Assembly: GCA_965208125.1 (NCBI GenBank)
Contig: OZ242320.1
Location: 4,384,001-4,448,000 of the forward strand
Direction of reading: 5' to 3'
Source of the DNA: Candidatus Latescibacterota bacterium
Lineage (GTDB): Bacteria > Latescibacterota > UBA2968
Length of the DNA: 64,000 bases
Shown: piece after piece, positions 38,673 to 47,987 of the stretch
Layout: each line of letters opens with the position of its first letter
How positions within the stretch are numbered: the stretch's first letter is position 1
Notes under the pieces: model-generated
The model's input: the letters and a program-made list of their open reading frames with translations, nothing else
What the model was told of the DNA's origin: nothing
Databases searched by the model: none
Program-made: the position numbers and the translations under genes

Positions 38673-39550
38673 GAGTATTCTTCCCCTTGCCTGTCAAGCA
38701 CATATCGACGCACGGCTTTGGCAAATCCATCGTTTTCAATGTGGTCGGTTTGTAGAATATTTTCCCCGGCCACTGCGCGATGGGTTGCCGCATCTGCATT
38801 GTGCATTAACACACCGGTTCCGGCTGCGCGCAACATGGGGAGATCATTATTGCCATCGCCCACAGCCATCACTTCATCGAGGCTGCTGCCAATGTGGTTG
38901 GCTATCGCTGTGAGTGCCGCGCCTTTGTTCACATCCGGGTGCATGATTTCGATGCGACCCGCCACAGCCCATGCCATGTAAATTTGATCGCCAAATAGGT
39001 CTTTTAATTCTTCAACCGTCTCATCGGCATGCCCAGGTTTGGGCAAGAGCATTATTTTGGGGGGCGAGGCCAATTCTTTTGCGCGTATTCGTTGCGCGAG
39101 GTCGGCATCGACTTCATAGACCATATTGGTCATTGTGGCTACCGCGCGGCTCATTTTTGTCGTGCGGTCGGTGATATAAACTTCGCAGGGGCCTTCGCTA
39201 TTCATGTCGCAGCGACAATATACAAAATTCATGAGCCTGTCATTGGCATATTGGATCAGCGATAAAAATATGTCATCGGGCAAACGCTGTTCGTGCATGA
39301 GTTGGCGTGTGCCATTCTTTTTGGGTGCAAAAACCATCGCGCCATTATAACATCCGGCGTAGAGCGCGTCGGCCACGCTGGGATTGCGTACAAATGGAAT
39401 TTGATTGCGTTCGAAATTGCGCCCACTCATAGACGCTACAGCCACGCCGCGATCCAATAATTCGCAAATCGCCGCCATCGAAGCATCCGATGGGGTGTTG
39501 TTGTGATTTAAGATCGTTCCATCCAGATCAAATGCCACAAGTCTGATCAC
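38657..39550 (-). CDS. Cof-type HAD-IIB phosphatase
   Basis: FDLDGT, SGR, NGA, KG.AL, GDGNNDLPML. GTG 39550 after AGGAG. Confidence 0.9.
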   Translation of the reverse strand: MIRLVAFDLDGTILNHNNTPSDASMAAICELLDRGVAVASMSGRNFERNQIPFVRNPSVADALYAGCYNGAMVFAPKKNGTRQLMHEQRLPDDIFLSLIQYANDRLMNFVYCRCDMNSEGPCEVYITDRTTKMSRAVATMTNMVYEVDADLAQRIRAKELASPPKIMLLPKPGHADETVEELKDLFGDQIYMAWAVAGRIEIMHPDVNKGAALTAIANHIGSSLDEVMAVGDGNNDLPMLRAAGTGVLMHNADAATHRAVAGENILQTDHIENDGFAKAVRRYVLDRQGEEYSWDRH

Positions 39551-39560
39551 TGCATCTCCT

Positions 39561-40598
39561 CTAATCAACCAGAGGCAACCGAACGGTTCCGCCGCGCTCT
39601 GCCGAGCGGTGAACCGCTTCGGTAAATTCCATATATCTCATGCCTTCGTAAAAGCTGGTATCGCCCTGAGGCCCACCCTTGATGGCATTGATGAAATCGG
39701 CTTCGACAGCCCATTCGGCGGCTTCATCTTCGGGGATGGGTATTTCTTGCGGTCGTCGATCACCCGTTTTTGCACCGCGAATTTGCGTTCCCATGTCGTA
39801 GGTCAATGTGCCGTCACTGCCATAAGCTTCCACGACGGAGCTTCCGCCAAATTGCGCGACGCCCGAAAACAGAAATGCCGCACGCGCACCATTTTCCATT
39901 TTGCCTATGATATGCGCCATATCAGGTGTTTCAACCGGTCCAGTGCCAGACCCATCGGGTAGTGGTCGCTCTCTGGTAAAAATGTCAGTTTCAGCCGTTA
40001 TGGTTGACATATAGCCAAATACGCGCGCTACGCGCTCAATGGTAATGCCCATTCCCAGGATATTCAGCCCCGAATACCGGCCCATTTGTCGCCAGTGCAA
40101 TGGCTCTTCAGTATCCCAATAGCGCCCACCCAGATCGCGGACATAGACGTGGAAGATATCGCCCAAATACCCTTCATCTATGAGCCGCCGCAAGAAACGC
40201 CCACCTTTCCACGGCGGTGCTGGACAAATTTGGGTTACGAGATTTGTTTCTCGACTTCTGGCATACATCAATCGGGCTTCTCGCAAGTTCATCGCCATGC
40301 GCGCCTGTACAAAGGTGTGTTTGCCCGCGTCTAAGGATGCGAGGACGAATTCACAGTGTTTGTACGGCCAGGTGCCGATCATTACGGCGTCGATGTCGTC
40401 CCGGTGTAACAGGGCCTGTGGGTCTGTCATGGCTTCGGCTGATAAGTCCTGCTCAGCTATTACTTTTTCGCCGCTTTCTATACTGCGGTTGCATATTGCC
40501 ACGACTTCGGCATCGTCAATTTTTGCCAGTCCCGGAAAATGCCGGCTCCGAAAAATACCACCCGCACCAATAATGCCAATGCGAATTTTATCTGCCAT
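39561..40598 (-). CDS. Gfo/Idh/MocA oxidoreductase (paralog A)
   Basis: IGIIGAGG Rossmann fold, DAVMIGTWP..H, QARMA in place of EKP. Confidence 0.9.
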   Translation of the reverse strand: MADKIRIGIIGAGGIFRSRHFPGLAKIDDAEVVAICNRSIESGEKVIAEQDLSAEAMTDPQALLHRDDIDAVMIGTWPYKHCEFVLASLDAGKHTFVQARMAMNLREARLMYARSRETNLVTQICPAPPWKGGRFLRRLIDEGYLGDIFHVYVRDLGGRYWDTEEPLHWRQMGRYSGLNILGMGITIERVARVFGYMSTITAETDIFTRERPLPDGSGTGPVETPDMAHIIGKMENGARAAFLFSGVAQFGGSSVVEAYGSDGTLTYDMGTQIRGAKTGDRRPQEIPIPEDEAAEWAVEADFINAIKGGPQGDTSFYEGMRYMEFTEAVHRSAERGGTVRLPLVD

Positions 40599-40716
40599 TT
40601 TTTACCTCATTATGTTGTCGTTGTTATTCTTTCCAATGTTAAGGGGATAGAACTACATGCGAATGTATCATAGTTTTTGTCAATTAGCAAATAAATCGGC
40701 CACGGCAGCGCTGCCA

Positions 40717-42027
40717 TTAATCATTCCTGTTTTCGCTTTTCGCCAAACTGGCACAAACCAGTTCTTTATCATTGCGAGCGAACACATGTTTATAGGCAAA
40801 CGCAGGATGCGCCCACGTGACACCCCCTCTGCGGTTCAACTGGTCGCGCGTCGGTTCGATCAGTTTCGCGCGGCTGATGATATTCAGCCCGTCCGGCGAA
40901 AGCGTTGTAATCAGGAGTTCTCCGCGCTCATTGAACATCCAGACCTTATCGCCATTTTTGATAAAATGGATGTTGCTCCAGCGCGCTTTTGGAACCGCGG
41001 TGAGGTCTTCCCAAATCCGATCGCCGTTGCGGGCATCGAGACAGCGGAGTTCCCCATAGCTATCCACACCGTAAATATAATCGCCGAGTCGAATCGGGGT
41101 TGACATCGTGGAATGGAGCGCGTCTGTGTTCCGTTCATTTATTCCCTTACGGTGCCAACCGAATTGCATCATCGGCTTATCTGGATCCAGTTTCAGCAGC
41201 AATGAGCCTTCAAAGAAATCAGTGATAAACAACTCGTTTTGATAAAAAACGGGACTTGCGATCCCGATCTCCATGCGAGTCGGTGGAAACGGATGGCGCC
41301 AATGCGTGCTGCCTGTCTGCGGGTTGAGCCCAGCGATATTTCTACCTGTCCAACAGACGAGCACCCGCTCGCCACCCTGTGTAATCACAATTGGAGCTGA
41401 GTAAGATGCGTTGTCTTCAAGGGCTTTCCATTTTTCGGCTCCGGTTTTGCGATCGAAAGCGACGATGCACGCTCCGGGCGTGCCGCCGATTTGTACGATG
41501 AGGTGTGAACCCTCGACAATCGGGGCGCTCGCAATCCCCCAGGTTGGCATCTCAATATTGTATTCGGCGTTGAGGTCTTTTTCCCACTTCAACGTGCCGG
41601 TTGCAGCATCAAAGCAGTGGAGATGCCCCATCGCTCCTAAGGCGTAAGCGAGGCCGTCATGAATGATAACATTGGCTCGGGGCCCGGCGGTATAGTCAAT
41701 TCGGTATTCACACTCGTAGGTGAAGGACCAAATCAATTCCCCTGTTTCCCAGTCGAAACAGTGAACCCGTTCGACCTGTTTCGGTTTCGCGAGACGGTCA
41801 GTAACGTAAACGCGCCCGTCAGCGACGCTCGGGCCGCTATAGCCGCTGCCGATTGGCACTCGCCAACGAATCGGAATCTCCGGTCCGTCAAATGCCTCCA
41901 ATATCCCGGTTTCGCTCCAAACACCGTCCCGGTGCGGTCCCCGCCACTGCGGCCATTCATCGGCCAAAACCGAAGACGTGGGGACAAGCACAGCGAGCAG
42001 CATTAGTTTCAATAGGATTCGGTTCAT
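40717..42027 (-). CDS. Secreted PQQ-binding-like beta-propeller protein
   Basis: Signal peptide, DEWPQWRGPHRDG, repeated D..TG...W blades, WAHPA. Confidence 0.88.
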   Translation of the reverse strand: MNRILLKLMLLAVLVPTSSVLADEWPQWRGPHRDGVWSETGILEAFDGPEIPIRWRVPIGSGYSGPSVADGRVYVTDRLAKPKQVERVHCFDWETGELIWSFTYECEYRIDYTAGPRANVIIHDGLAYALGAMGHLHCFDAATGTLKWEKDLNAEYNIEMPTWGIASAPIVEGSHLIVQIGGTPGACIVAFDRKTGAEKWKALEDNASYSAPIVITQGGERVLVCWTGRNIAGLNPQTGSTHWRHPFPPTRMEIGIASPVFYQNELFITDFFEGSLLLKLDPDKPMMQFGWHRKGINERNTDALHSTMSTPIRLGDYIYGVDSYGELRCLDARNGDRIWEDLTAVPKARWSNIHFIKNGDKVWMFNERGELLITTLSPDGLNIISRAKLIEPTRDQLNRRGGVTWAHPAFAYKHVFARNDKELVCASLAKSENRND

Positions 42028-42029
42028 GG

Positions 42030-43382
42030 TTACTCTTGTCTTTTTTTAAAACGCAAATTTTTGACCCGGTTTCCCGTCAGCCTGAACCCTGTAACTTGTC
42101 CCGTATTGTCTCGCGTAAAATAAACTTCCGGGAAAAACCACGCATCTCCGACGAAATGACCGTCGGCACAGGTTAGCGATATGTCGTCATGCCGTCTGTG
42201 TTGCGCCACAAGCCGGTCCCTTTGTACACCAATGGTATAGGTGGTATCGAGTTCTTCGGTGTAATAATCGCCTTCGAATTCTGACAACTGTTCTGGTGAT
42301 AGGGGTTCGGTCTCGTTGCTTTCAGAGGGTTGCTTATCCGGCTCAGGTGCCTCGGGCGCAAGGACATCAGCGAGATAGATATCAGCGATCTTTTTCGCCA
42401 GATTAAGTGGGGTGAAGGTGTCCAGATTGCACAGTATGACAACGCCAAATTTCTGAGCTGGAAAACGTATGAGATGGCTGCGAAACCCCCGCCATGATCC
42501 GCCGTGTCCGACCGTTTTCAGTGCTCTGTACTCGCCGATATCCAATCCGAAGGCGTAACTGATCTGTTTCCCATTATTGAGAACCCCTCGCTGATGAATC
42601 TGCTCAATCACTACCTGTCCGCCTATCCGCGCATCGTCAAAGTTCAGAACCCACTTTGCCAGATCTTCCACGGTTGAATAGAGCGAACTCGAACCGAGAG
42701 CGGTTAAATTGTTCACGGCATTCTTGAACCCGTTATCTTTCACGGACAAATAGGAATACGCCCGGTTCTTCACAATCATCTCGTGGTCATCGTGAAAGTG
42801 GGTGTTGGTCATGGCGAGGGGCTTAAAGATGTTGGCGTCCGTCCATTCGCGAAATGAATCTCCCGTTATTGTTTCAACGATTTCTGCCAGCAGATTATAC
42901 CCCGTATTTGAGTATAAAAACGCTGTTCCAGGCTCGAAGTTGAGTTCTTTTTGACGCCTTGCCATTTTCAAAATATGTTTAAACGAGATCACGTCATCCA
43001 TCTCTCCGCCTGCGATGACGAGTGCCTGTACCCAATCCCGCAAGCCACTCGTGTGATGCACCAGATGTCGAATTGTTATTTTTGTTCCAAAATCCGGGAC
43101 ATCGGGCAAGTGCATCCGAATATCGTCATCCAGCGCGAGTTTCCCTTCATCCAACAACGTGGCGATGGCAAAGCCCGCAAATTGCTTGGAGACCGAAGCA
43201 ATGTCGAAGATGGTTGTCGGCGCAATCGGGATGTCGTATTCCAGATTCGCCATACCGTATCCGCGTTTGTAGATAATTTCGCCGTCTTTGATAACCGATA
43301 GGGCCGCGCCAGGGGTATCTGGCTTGTCCCATTCCGCGAATACACGATCGACTTTTGCCTCAAGTGACTCGTGATTTGTCAT
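42030..43382 (-). CDS. Serine hydrolase, beta-lactamase class C/AmpC-like family
   Basis: ASVSK (SxxK), HHTSGL, YSN, HGG. Confidence 0.9.
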   Translation of the reverse strand: MTNHESLEAKVDRVFAEWDKPDTPGAALSVIKDGEIIYKRGYGMANLEYDIPIAPTTIFDIASVSKQFAGFAIATLLDEGKLALDDDIRMHLPDVPDFGTKITIRHLVHHTSGLRDWVQALVIAGGEMDDVISFKHILKMARRQKELNFEPGTAFLYSNTGYNLLAEIVETITGDSFREWTDANIFKPLAMTNTHFHDDHEMIVKNRAYSYLSVKDNGFKNAVNNLTALGSSSLYSTVEDLAKWVLNFDDARIGGQVVIEQIHQRGVLNNGKQISYAFGLDIGEYRALKTVGHGGSWRGFRSHLIRFPAQKFGVVILCNLDTFTPLNLAKKIADIYLADVLAPEAPEPDKQPSESNETEPLSPEQLSEFEGDYYTEELDTTYTIGVQRDRLVAQHRRHDDISLTCADGHFVGDAWFFPEVYFTRDNTGQVTGFRLTGNRVKNLRFKKRQE

Positions 43383-44188
43383 TGATCACCTTCTCCTGAG
43401 ATCAGGCCCGTCACTTGCATCGCGGTCCTGGCAATCTCTGAGAGCGCGCATTCGCCGGTGACGCGATCGCCGAGTTCCCGGCTGTAGAGCGCAATCACCA
43501 TCGTCCCGACAGAGGATTCGACGAAGCCGACATCATTGATTACACCCCGATTCGAGCCGGTTTTGGAACCCCAGCGATAGGTCCTGGAGGTCGGCACATA
43601 TCGGCCGATGCGGCGACCATTCTGTTGCTGGGTCAAGGTGGTGAGCATGGCTTGACAGGATGCGGGGGATGCGGCCTGGTCGTCAAGGATTGTCTTGACG
43701 ACGGCAGTGTAGTTATTCGGTGTAGCCCAATTTTCCTGTTCCCCTTCAACCGCGAGACGCCCGCGCATGGGACGTCCGAGAGTGGAGGCGGTCATACCGA
43801 GTTCTCGCATTGTCTCGTTGATGCGATCCATTCCGGCCACTTCAATCAATATGTTGGTGGCGGTGTTGTCGCTGATGGACATCATCAAGTACAGAAGATC
43901 TCCAAACGACAGTTGCAGTCCGGTATGCATGTGTCGCAGCACACCACTGCCGGGGGATTTATCCACAGAGCGGATGATATATGTGTCGTCGAGTGCCAGT
44001 GTGCCGCGATCAATAGCTCTGTAGATCTCGATCATGATCGGAATTTTAACTGTGCTGGCCGCTGGAAACTGATGATCACCCCGTGATGCCCAACTCTCTC
44101 CGTGAGGCGAAATCACACTGACGCCGATCGTGCCGGGCGATTCGTACTCTTTAACCGTTTGTTCCAGCCTGCTCCAGTCTGTGGTCAT
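43379..44188 (-). CDS. Serine hydrolase, class A beta-lactamase-like fold
   Basis: ASTVK, SDN, KTG. ATG 44188 after GAGG. Confidence 0.88.
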   Translation of the reverse strand: MTTDWSRLEQTVKEYESPGTIGVSVISPHGESWASRGDHQFPAASTVKIPIMIEIYRAIDRGTLALDDTYIIRSVDKSPGSGVLRHMHTGLQLSFGDLLYLMMSISDNTATNILIEVAGMDRINETMRELGMTASTLGRPMRGRLAVEGEQENWATPNNYTAVVKTILDDQAASPASCQAMLTTLTQQQNGRRIGRYVPTSRTYRWGSKTGSNRGVINDVGFVESSVGTMVIALYSRELGDRVTGECALSEIARTAMQVTGLISGEGDQ

Positions 44189-44196
44189 GTGGCCTC

Positions 44197-45246
44197 TCAA
44201 TCAACAATGGGCAGATGAACCGTTGCGCCGCGTTCGACAGAGCGGAATACTGCTTCGGTGAATTCCATGTATTTCACGCCCTGATAGAAGGTCGATTCGG
44301 CGGGTTTGCCGGTTTTGATCATGTCGATAAAATCTGCCTCAACTGTCCACTCGCGCATGTCGGATGCGGGGACATCCAATTCCTGCAATGCGCCATCATT
44401 CGCTTTGGCACCCAATATCCGTTGCTCGTCCAAAACGGGTGAGGTTTCGTAAATGAGTGTGCCGTCCGTGCCGTAAATTTCAATGGATTCACCCGGCGCG
44501 TGATGCGCGGTACCTGAGAAGAGATAGGCCGCAGTTGCGCCGCTTTCCATTTGTGCCAAAATATTTACGGTGTCTGGGCGGTCAACTGGTCCCGTGCCGT
44601 CCTCTGTAGAGCGTTCGGTGATGTATGTTTCTGCGTGTGCGGATACGGATTTGGTGTAGCCACACCAGCGGTGTACAAATTCCACCAGCATGCCCACGCT
44701 CATGGTGTTTAAGCCGGAGAAGCGACCGATCTGTCGCCAGTGTAGCGGCGTATTGGGATCAATCCCACCGGGCGTCATTGAACGCACGACAATGTTGCGA
44801 ATATCGCCAACATATCCTTCGGCGATCAACCGCTGCATAAACCAGTCGCCTTTTAATGCGTGCGGCGGCTGGCATATCTGGTGCGCGAGTTCAGATTCCA
44901 TTGCTGCCGCATACATGATTTTTGCCTCGCGCAAATTCATTGCCATGCGCGCCTGCACAAATGCATGCTTGCCAGCCTTGAGGGATTCGAGTACAAACTC
45001 GCAGTGTTTATAAGGCCAGGTGCCAATCATCACGGCATCGATGTCATCTCGCGCAATGAGCGCGTAGGGATCGGTCATGAGGTCGGTGCTCAATCCAAAT
45101 TCAGCCGCAATTTTGCCGCCACTCTCTTCACTGCGGTTGCAAATTGCCACGACCTCAGCATCGTCAATTTGGGCCAATCCCGGAAAGTGGCGAGTGCGAA
45201 AAATACCGCCAGCACCAATAATACCAATGCGAATTTTATCTGCCAT
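44197..45246 (-). CDS. Gfo/Idh/MocA oxidoreductase (paralog B)
   Basis: N-terminus nearly identical to 39561-40598; GGAGG RBS before ATG 45246. Confidence 0.9.
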   Translation of the reverse strand: MADKIRIGIIGAGGIFRTRHFPGLAQIDDAEVVAICNRSEESGGKIAAEFGLSTDLMTDPYALIARDDIDAVMIGTWPYKHCEFVLESLKAGKHAFVQARMAMNLREAKIMYAAAMESELAHQICQPPHALKGDWFMQRLIAEGYVGDIRNIVVRSMTPGGIDPNTPLHWRQIGRFSGLNTMSVGMLVEFVHRWCGYTKSVSAHAETYITERSTEDGTGPVDRPDTVNILAQMESGATAAYLFSGTAHHAPGESIEIYGTDGTLIYETSPVLDEQRILGAKANDGALQELDVPASDMREWTVEADFIDMIKTGKPAESTFYQGVKYMEFTEAVFRSVERGATVHLPIVD

Positions 45247-45259
45247 TACAACCTCCATT

Positions 45260-46255
45260 TTACGGCATAGTCAAATCTTCGTAGCCCGTCAGGTGATATT
45301 CATATCCCAGATAGTCGAGCAAATTGCACAGGGCGCGGAATGCCACGCCAAAACCATCAATACCACTGAATCCGCCGAATTGTCCACCGCCCTTTACGTG
45401 GGGTTCCAGATCGATAAATACACCCGGTACACCCAGTTCCTGAAATTGGCGTTGCAGGCGCGGCACGAGTGTCTTAAAATCCCGCAGGACCACTTCATGC
45501 CCGGCATCGCCCTGATCTACGGGAATAAACCGCGTCAACCCTCTCTCTGTTGCGCGGTCCAGCATCGGCTGATTGGCCGGTGCGTTGAATCCTTTAATGT
45601 GGATCCATCCCAATCCGGGCTTTGTTTTTTCATATTCGGCAAAAACGCTGTCCGGGCTGTGTCCCATGCTTTCCATATTGCCCACATCCATGATGATGCA
45701 GGTGTTAGGGCTGTCGATCTTTTCGTGCAATGCGATCAGTGTTTCGCCATCTCCACCGATTAAATGCGATTCCACTTCAGAGCCGTAGATCAGCCCCTCG
45801 CTCGCACACAGAGCCACAATTTCTGAGAGTTGGTCAGCCGCTTGATTTAGATGCGGCCAGGGATCGGTCCCATGCGGGTGGTAATAGCTAAAGCCGCGGA
45901 TGAGTTTTGTGTCGAATGCATGGGCGAGTTCGATGGCGCGTTTGACATCTGTCTCCAGATATTCCTTAAACGGCACATAGCGATTTTCAGTCCCGTCATC
46001 TACGTCCAGCAATTTCACTTTTCCAAGTGGAGAACCAATGCTCGATACCGAAATACCAAATTCACCGTGCAATTTTTGGAGTTGTACAATCTCCTGCGCG
46101 GTCAATTCCATTGCGTTTTTTACTCCATTGCCCACGTCGATAAACCGGATTGTGTAATAAGACAAGCCGAGCGCGCGCATCATGGTAAATTGCTCTTCGG
46201 CGCGTTTGCTAACCGGTCCTTCGTCGGCAAAACCCGATAAAATCACCTCTGCCAC
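45260..46255 (-). CDS. Sugar phosphate isomerase/epimerase (TIM barrel)
   Basis: SGFADE, SIGSPLGK, EVE, DVGN, IHIKG, LEPH. Confidence 0.85.
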   Translation of the reverse strand: MAEVILSGFADEGPVSKRAEEQFTMMRALGLSYYTIRFIDVGNGVKNAMELTAQEIVQLQKLHGEFGISVSSIGSPLGKVKLLDVDDGTENRYVPFKEYLETDVKRAIELAHAFDTKLIRGFSYYHPHGTDPWPHLNQAADQLSEIVALCASEGLIYGSEVESHLIGGDGETLIALHEKIDSPNTCIIMDVGNMESMGHSPDSVFAEYEKTKPGLGWIHIKGFNAPANQPMLDRATERGLTRFIPVDQGDAGHEVVLRDFKTLVPRLQRQFQELGVPGVFIDLEPHVKGGGQFGGFSGIDGFGVAFRALCNLLDYLGYEYHLTGYEDLTMP

Positions 46256-46269
46256 AATAATACTCCTTT

Positions 46270-46725
46270 CTATGAATCAGGCCAGTTCACCGGAATCAAT
46301 CGCAGTGTGCCATTACCCCGATTGCAACCTGGTGTAATCTCGATTGTTTGACTCGTCTTGTAATCCGCAGTGTCCAATGTAACGGATATTGCAAAAGTAC
46401 ACGACCCTCCGGCAGCTATTAAAGCAGGTGAACACACCTCTTCGCCCATCCCCAACAGGGCGCCGTTTTCACCCAACACACGTACGAACACTCTAAGGTC
46501 CCCGAGGTCCAAATTTGATTGACTGTCAACCGTACCCCTTATATGGATAACACTGAGAGTTACAGGCGCACCTGTATCGCCCGCAGGCATAGTAACAGTC
46601 TCGCCCGTAATAATTGTACTCAAAACAACTAAATCTTCGGACATAAAGACCTGGGATCCGGTAGTGTCGTCTTTGGAACATCCGAACAAAAAAAAGACAG
46701 ATAAAAAACTAATGATGTATTTCAT
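46270..46725 (-). CDS. Putative lipoprotein
   Basis: MKYIISFLSVFFLFG-C lipobox; AAAGGAG RBS before ATG 46725. Confidence 0.75.
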   Translation of the reverse strand: MKYIISFLSVFFLFGCSKDDTTGSQVFMSEDLVVLSTIITGETVTMPAGDTGAPVTLSVIHIRGTVDSQSNLDLGDLRVFVRVLGENGALLGMGEEVCSPALIAAGGSCTFAISVTLDTADYKTSQTIEITPGCNRGNGTLRLIPVNWPDS

Positions 46726-46819
46726 CGCAGTCTCCTTTCTTTTTTGATACGCCGCGTTTGACGCAACAATATACACGCCAAAACCGTATCGAGCAAGGGA
46801 GCTATCAGTTATCAGTTGG

Positions 46820-47200
46820 CTACTGACTGATTTCCTCAAAATCAAACGTCACTGCATCCTGCACACCAGACAGACTCGAACGTGGGGCAAATGCCATTGT
46901 CAATGCAATTTTTTGTACCTGTCCCGCGTCAAATCTGGTAAAGCGATGGGTTGCGCGGGCAATTTCTGCGCGGTTTGGGCCGCGCAATCTCCAGGTCATG
47001 ATAAACGGACTGATAATCGGTACTGGTCCCGTATTGACGACATCGGCTGAGATATTGACCCCCACAATATCACCCGCTGGATTGTGGATCGGCGCGCGGC
47101 GCACGTTGGCAATGGACATAAAATTCGAAAGTATTTCATTTTCAGGCGATATGGGAACGCTACCGCAGCCGAGTAAAAGGCATATAATCAGCCACCTCAT
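46820..47200 (-). CDS. Putative lipoprotein
   Basis: MRWLIICLLLG-C lipobox; beta-rich body (V.NTG). Confidence 0.7.
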   Translation of the reverse strand: MRWLIICLLLGCGSVPISPENEILSNFMSIANVRRAPIHNPAGDIVGVNISADVVNTGPVPIISPFIMTWRLRGPNRAEIARATHRFTRFDAGQVQKIALTMAFAPRSSLSGVQDAVTFDFEEISQ

Positions 47201-47207
47201 AGATTAT

Positions 47208-47987
47208 TTAACCTCCAAAATATGCCAGGCCTATCAGGCCGATGAGCCAGCAATAGTAGGCAAATTGGGCAAAATACCCGCCACTGAGCAAGCCCAGGAG
47301 CCATCGAATGGCAAATACCCCGGACACATAAGCGACAACAGCACCAACCAGCAGGGGCCATAGCGCGTTCATTTGCGGGGGATGGGCGAGAAAATCGCCA
47401 ATTTCTAATGCGGTTGCGCCCAAAATAATGGGAATGGATAATAAAAAAGAAAATGTTGCGGCTTCGCGACCATCCAGCCCACGCCACAGGCCCATGCCAA
47501 TGGTTGAACCCGATCTGGAAATTCCCGGCAATACGGCGAGTGCCTGTGCAGAGCCGATTAAAATGGCGTCTAAAAATGTAATTTTTACGCGGCCGCCTCG
47601 CGCAAACCGCGTGCTCCACAAAATACAGCCGGTCGCGATTAAGAATCCGCACACGGCGATTGGACTGGCAAAAGTCGCTTTGAGCATGTCTTTGAATAAG
47701 ATTCCCACGACGCCAGCGGGAATGGAGCCTGCGACCAACAGGTAGATTGTGTGCCAGGACGTGCTATCGCGTTTTAAACACCCGGTGATCAAATGGGTGA
47801 TTCGCTTTCGCAATGCGGTCACTACGGCCAGCAATGTTCCAAAGTGTACAATTACTTCAAAGGTGACATTACCTGTTTGAATGCCCCAGGCCGCTTGTCC
47901 CAATGCGAGATGTCCCGAACTGCTTACGGGCAAAAATTCGGTTAGCCCTTGCAATAGTCCCAAGAGCATGGCTTCATAAGGTGTCAA
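47208..47987 (-). CDS. uppP: Undecaprenyl-diphosphate phosphatase
   Basis: QGLTEFLPVSSSGH, HFGT, PGISRSGST, FSFLLSIP. Confidence 0.96.
   Translation of the reverse strand: MTPYEAMLLGLLQGLTEFLPVSSSGHLALGQAAWGIQTGNVTFEVIVHFGTLLAVVTALRKRITHLITGCLKRDSTSWHTIYLLVAGSIPAGVVGILFKDMLKATFASPIAVCGFLIATGCILWSTRFARGGRVKITFLDAILIGSAQALAVLPGISRSGSTIGMGLWRGLDGREAATFSFLLSIPIILGATALEIGDFLAHPPQMNALWPLLVGAVVAYVSGVFAIRWLLGLLSGGYFAQFAYYCWLIGLIGLAYFGG

Noticed and set aside
42030-44188. Antibiotic-resistance beta-lactamases
   Set aside because: No signal peptides and the class A-like protein lacks the ExxLN motif; fold membership alone does not show resistance.
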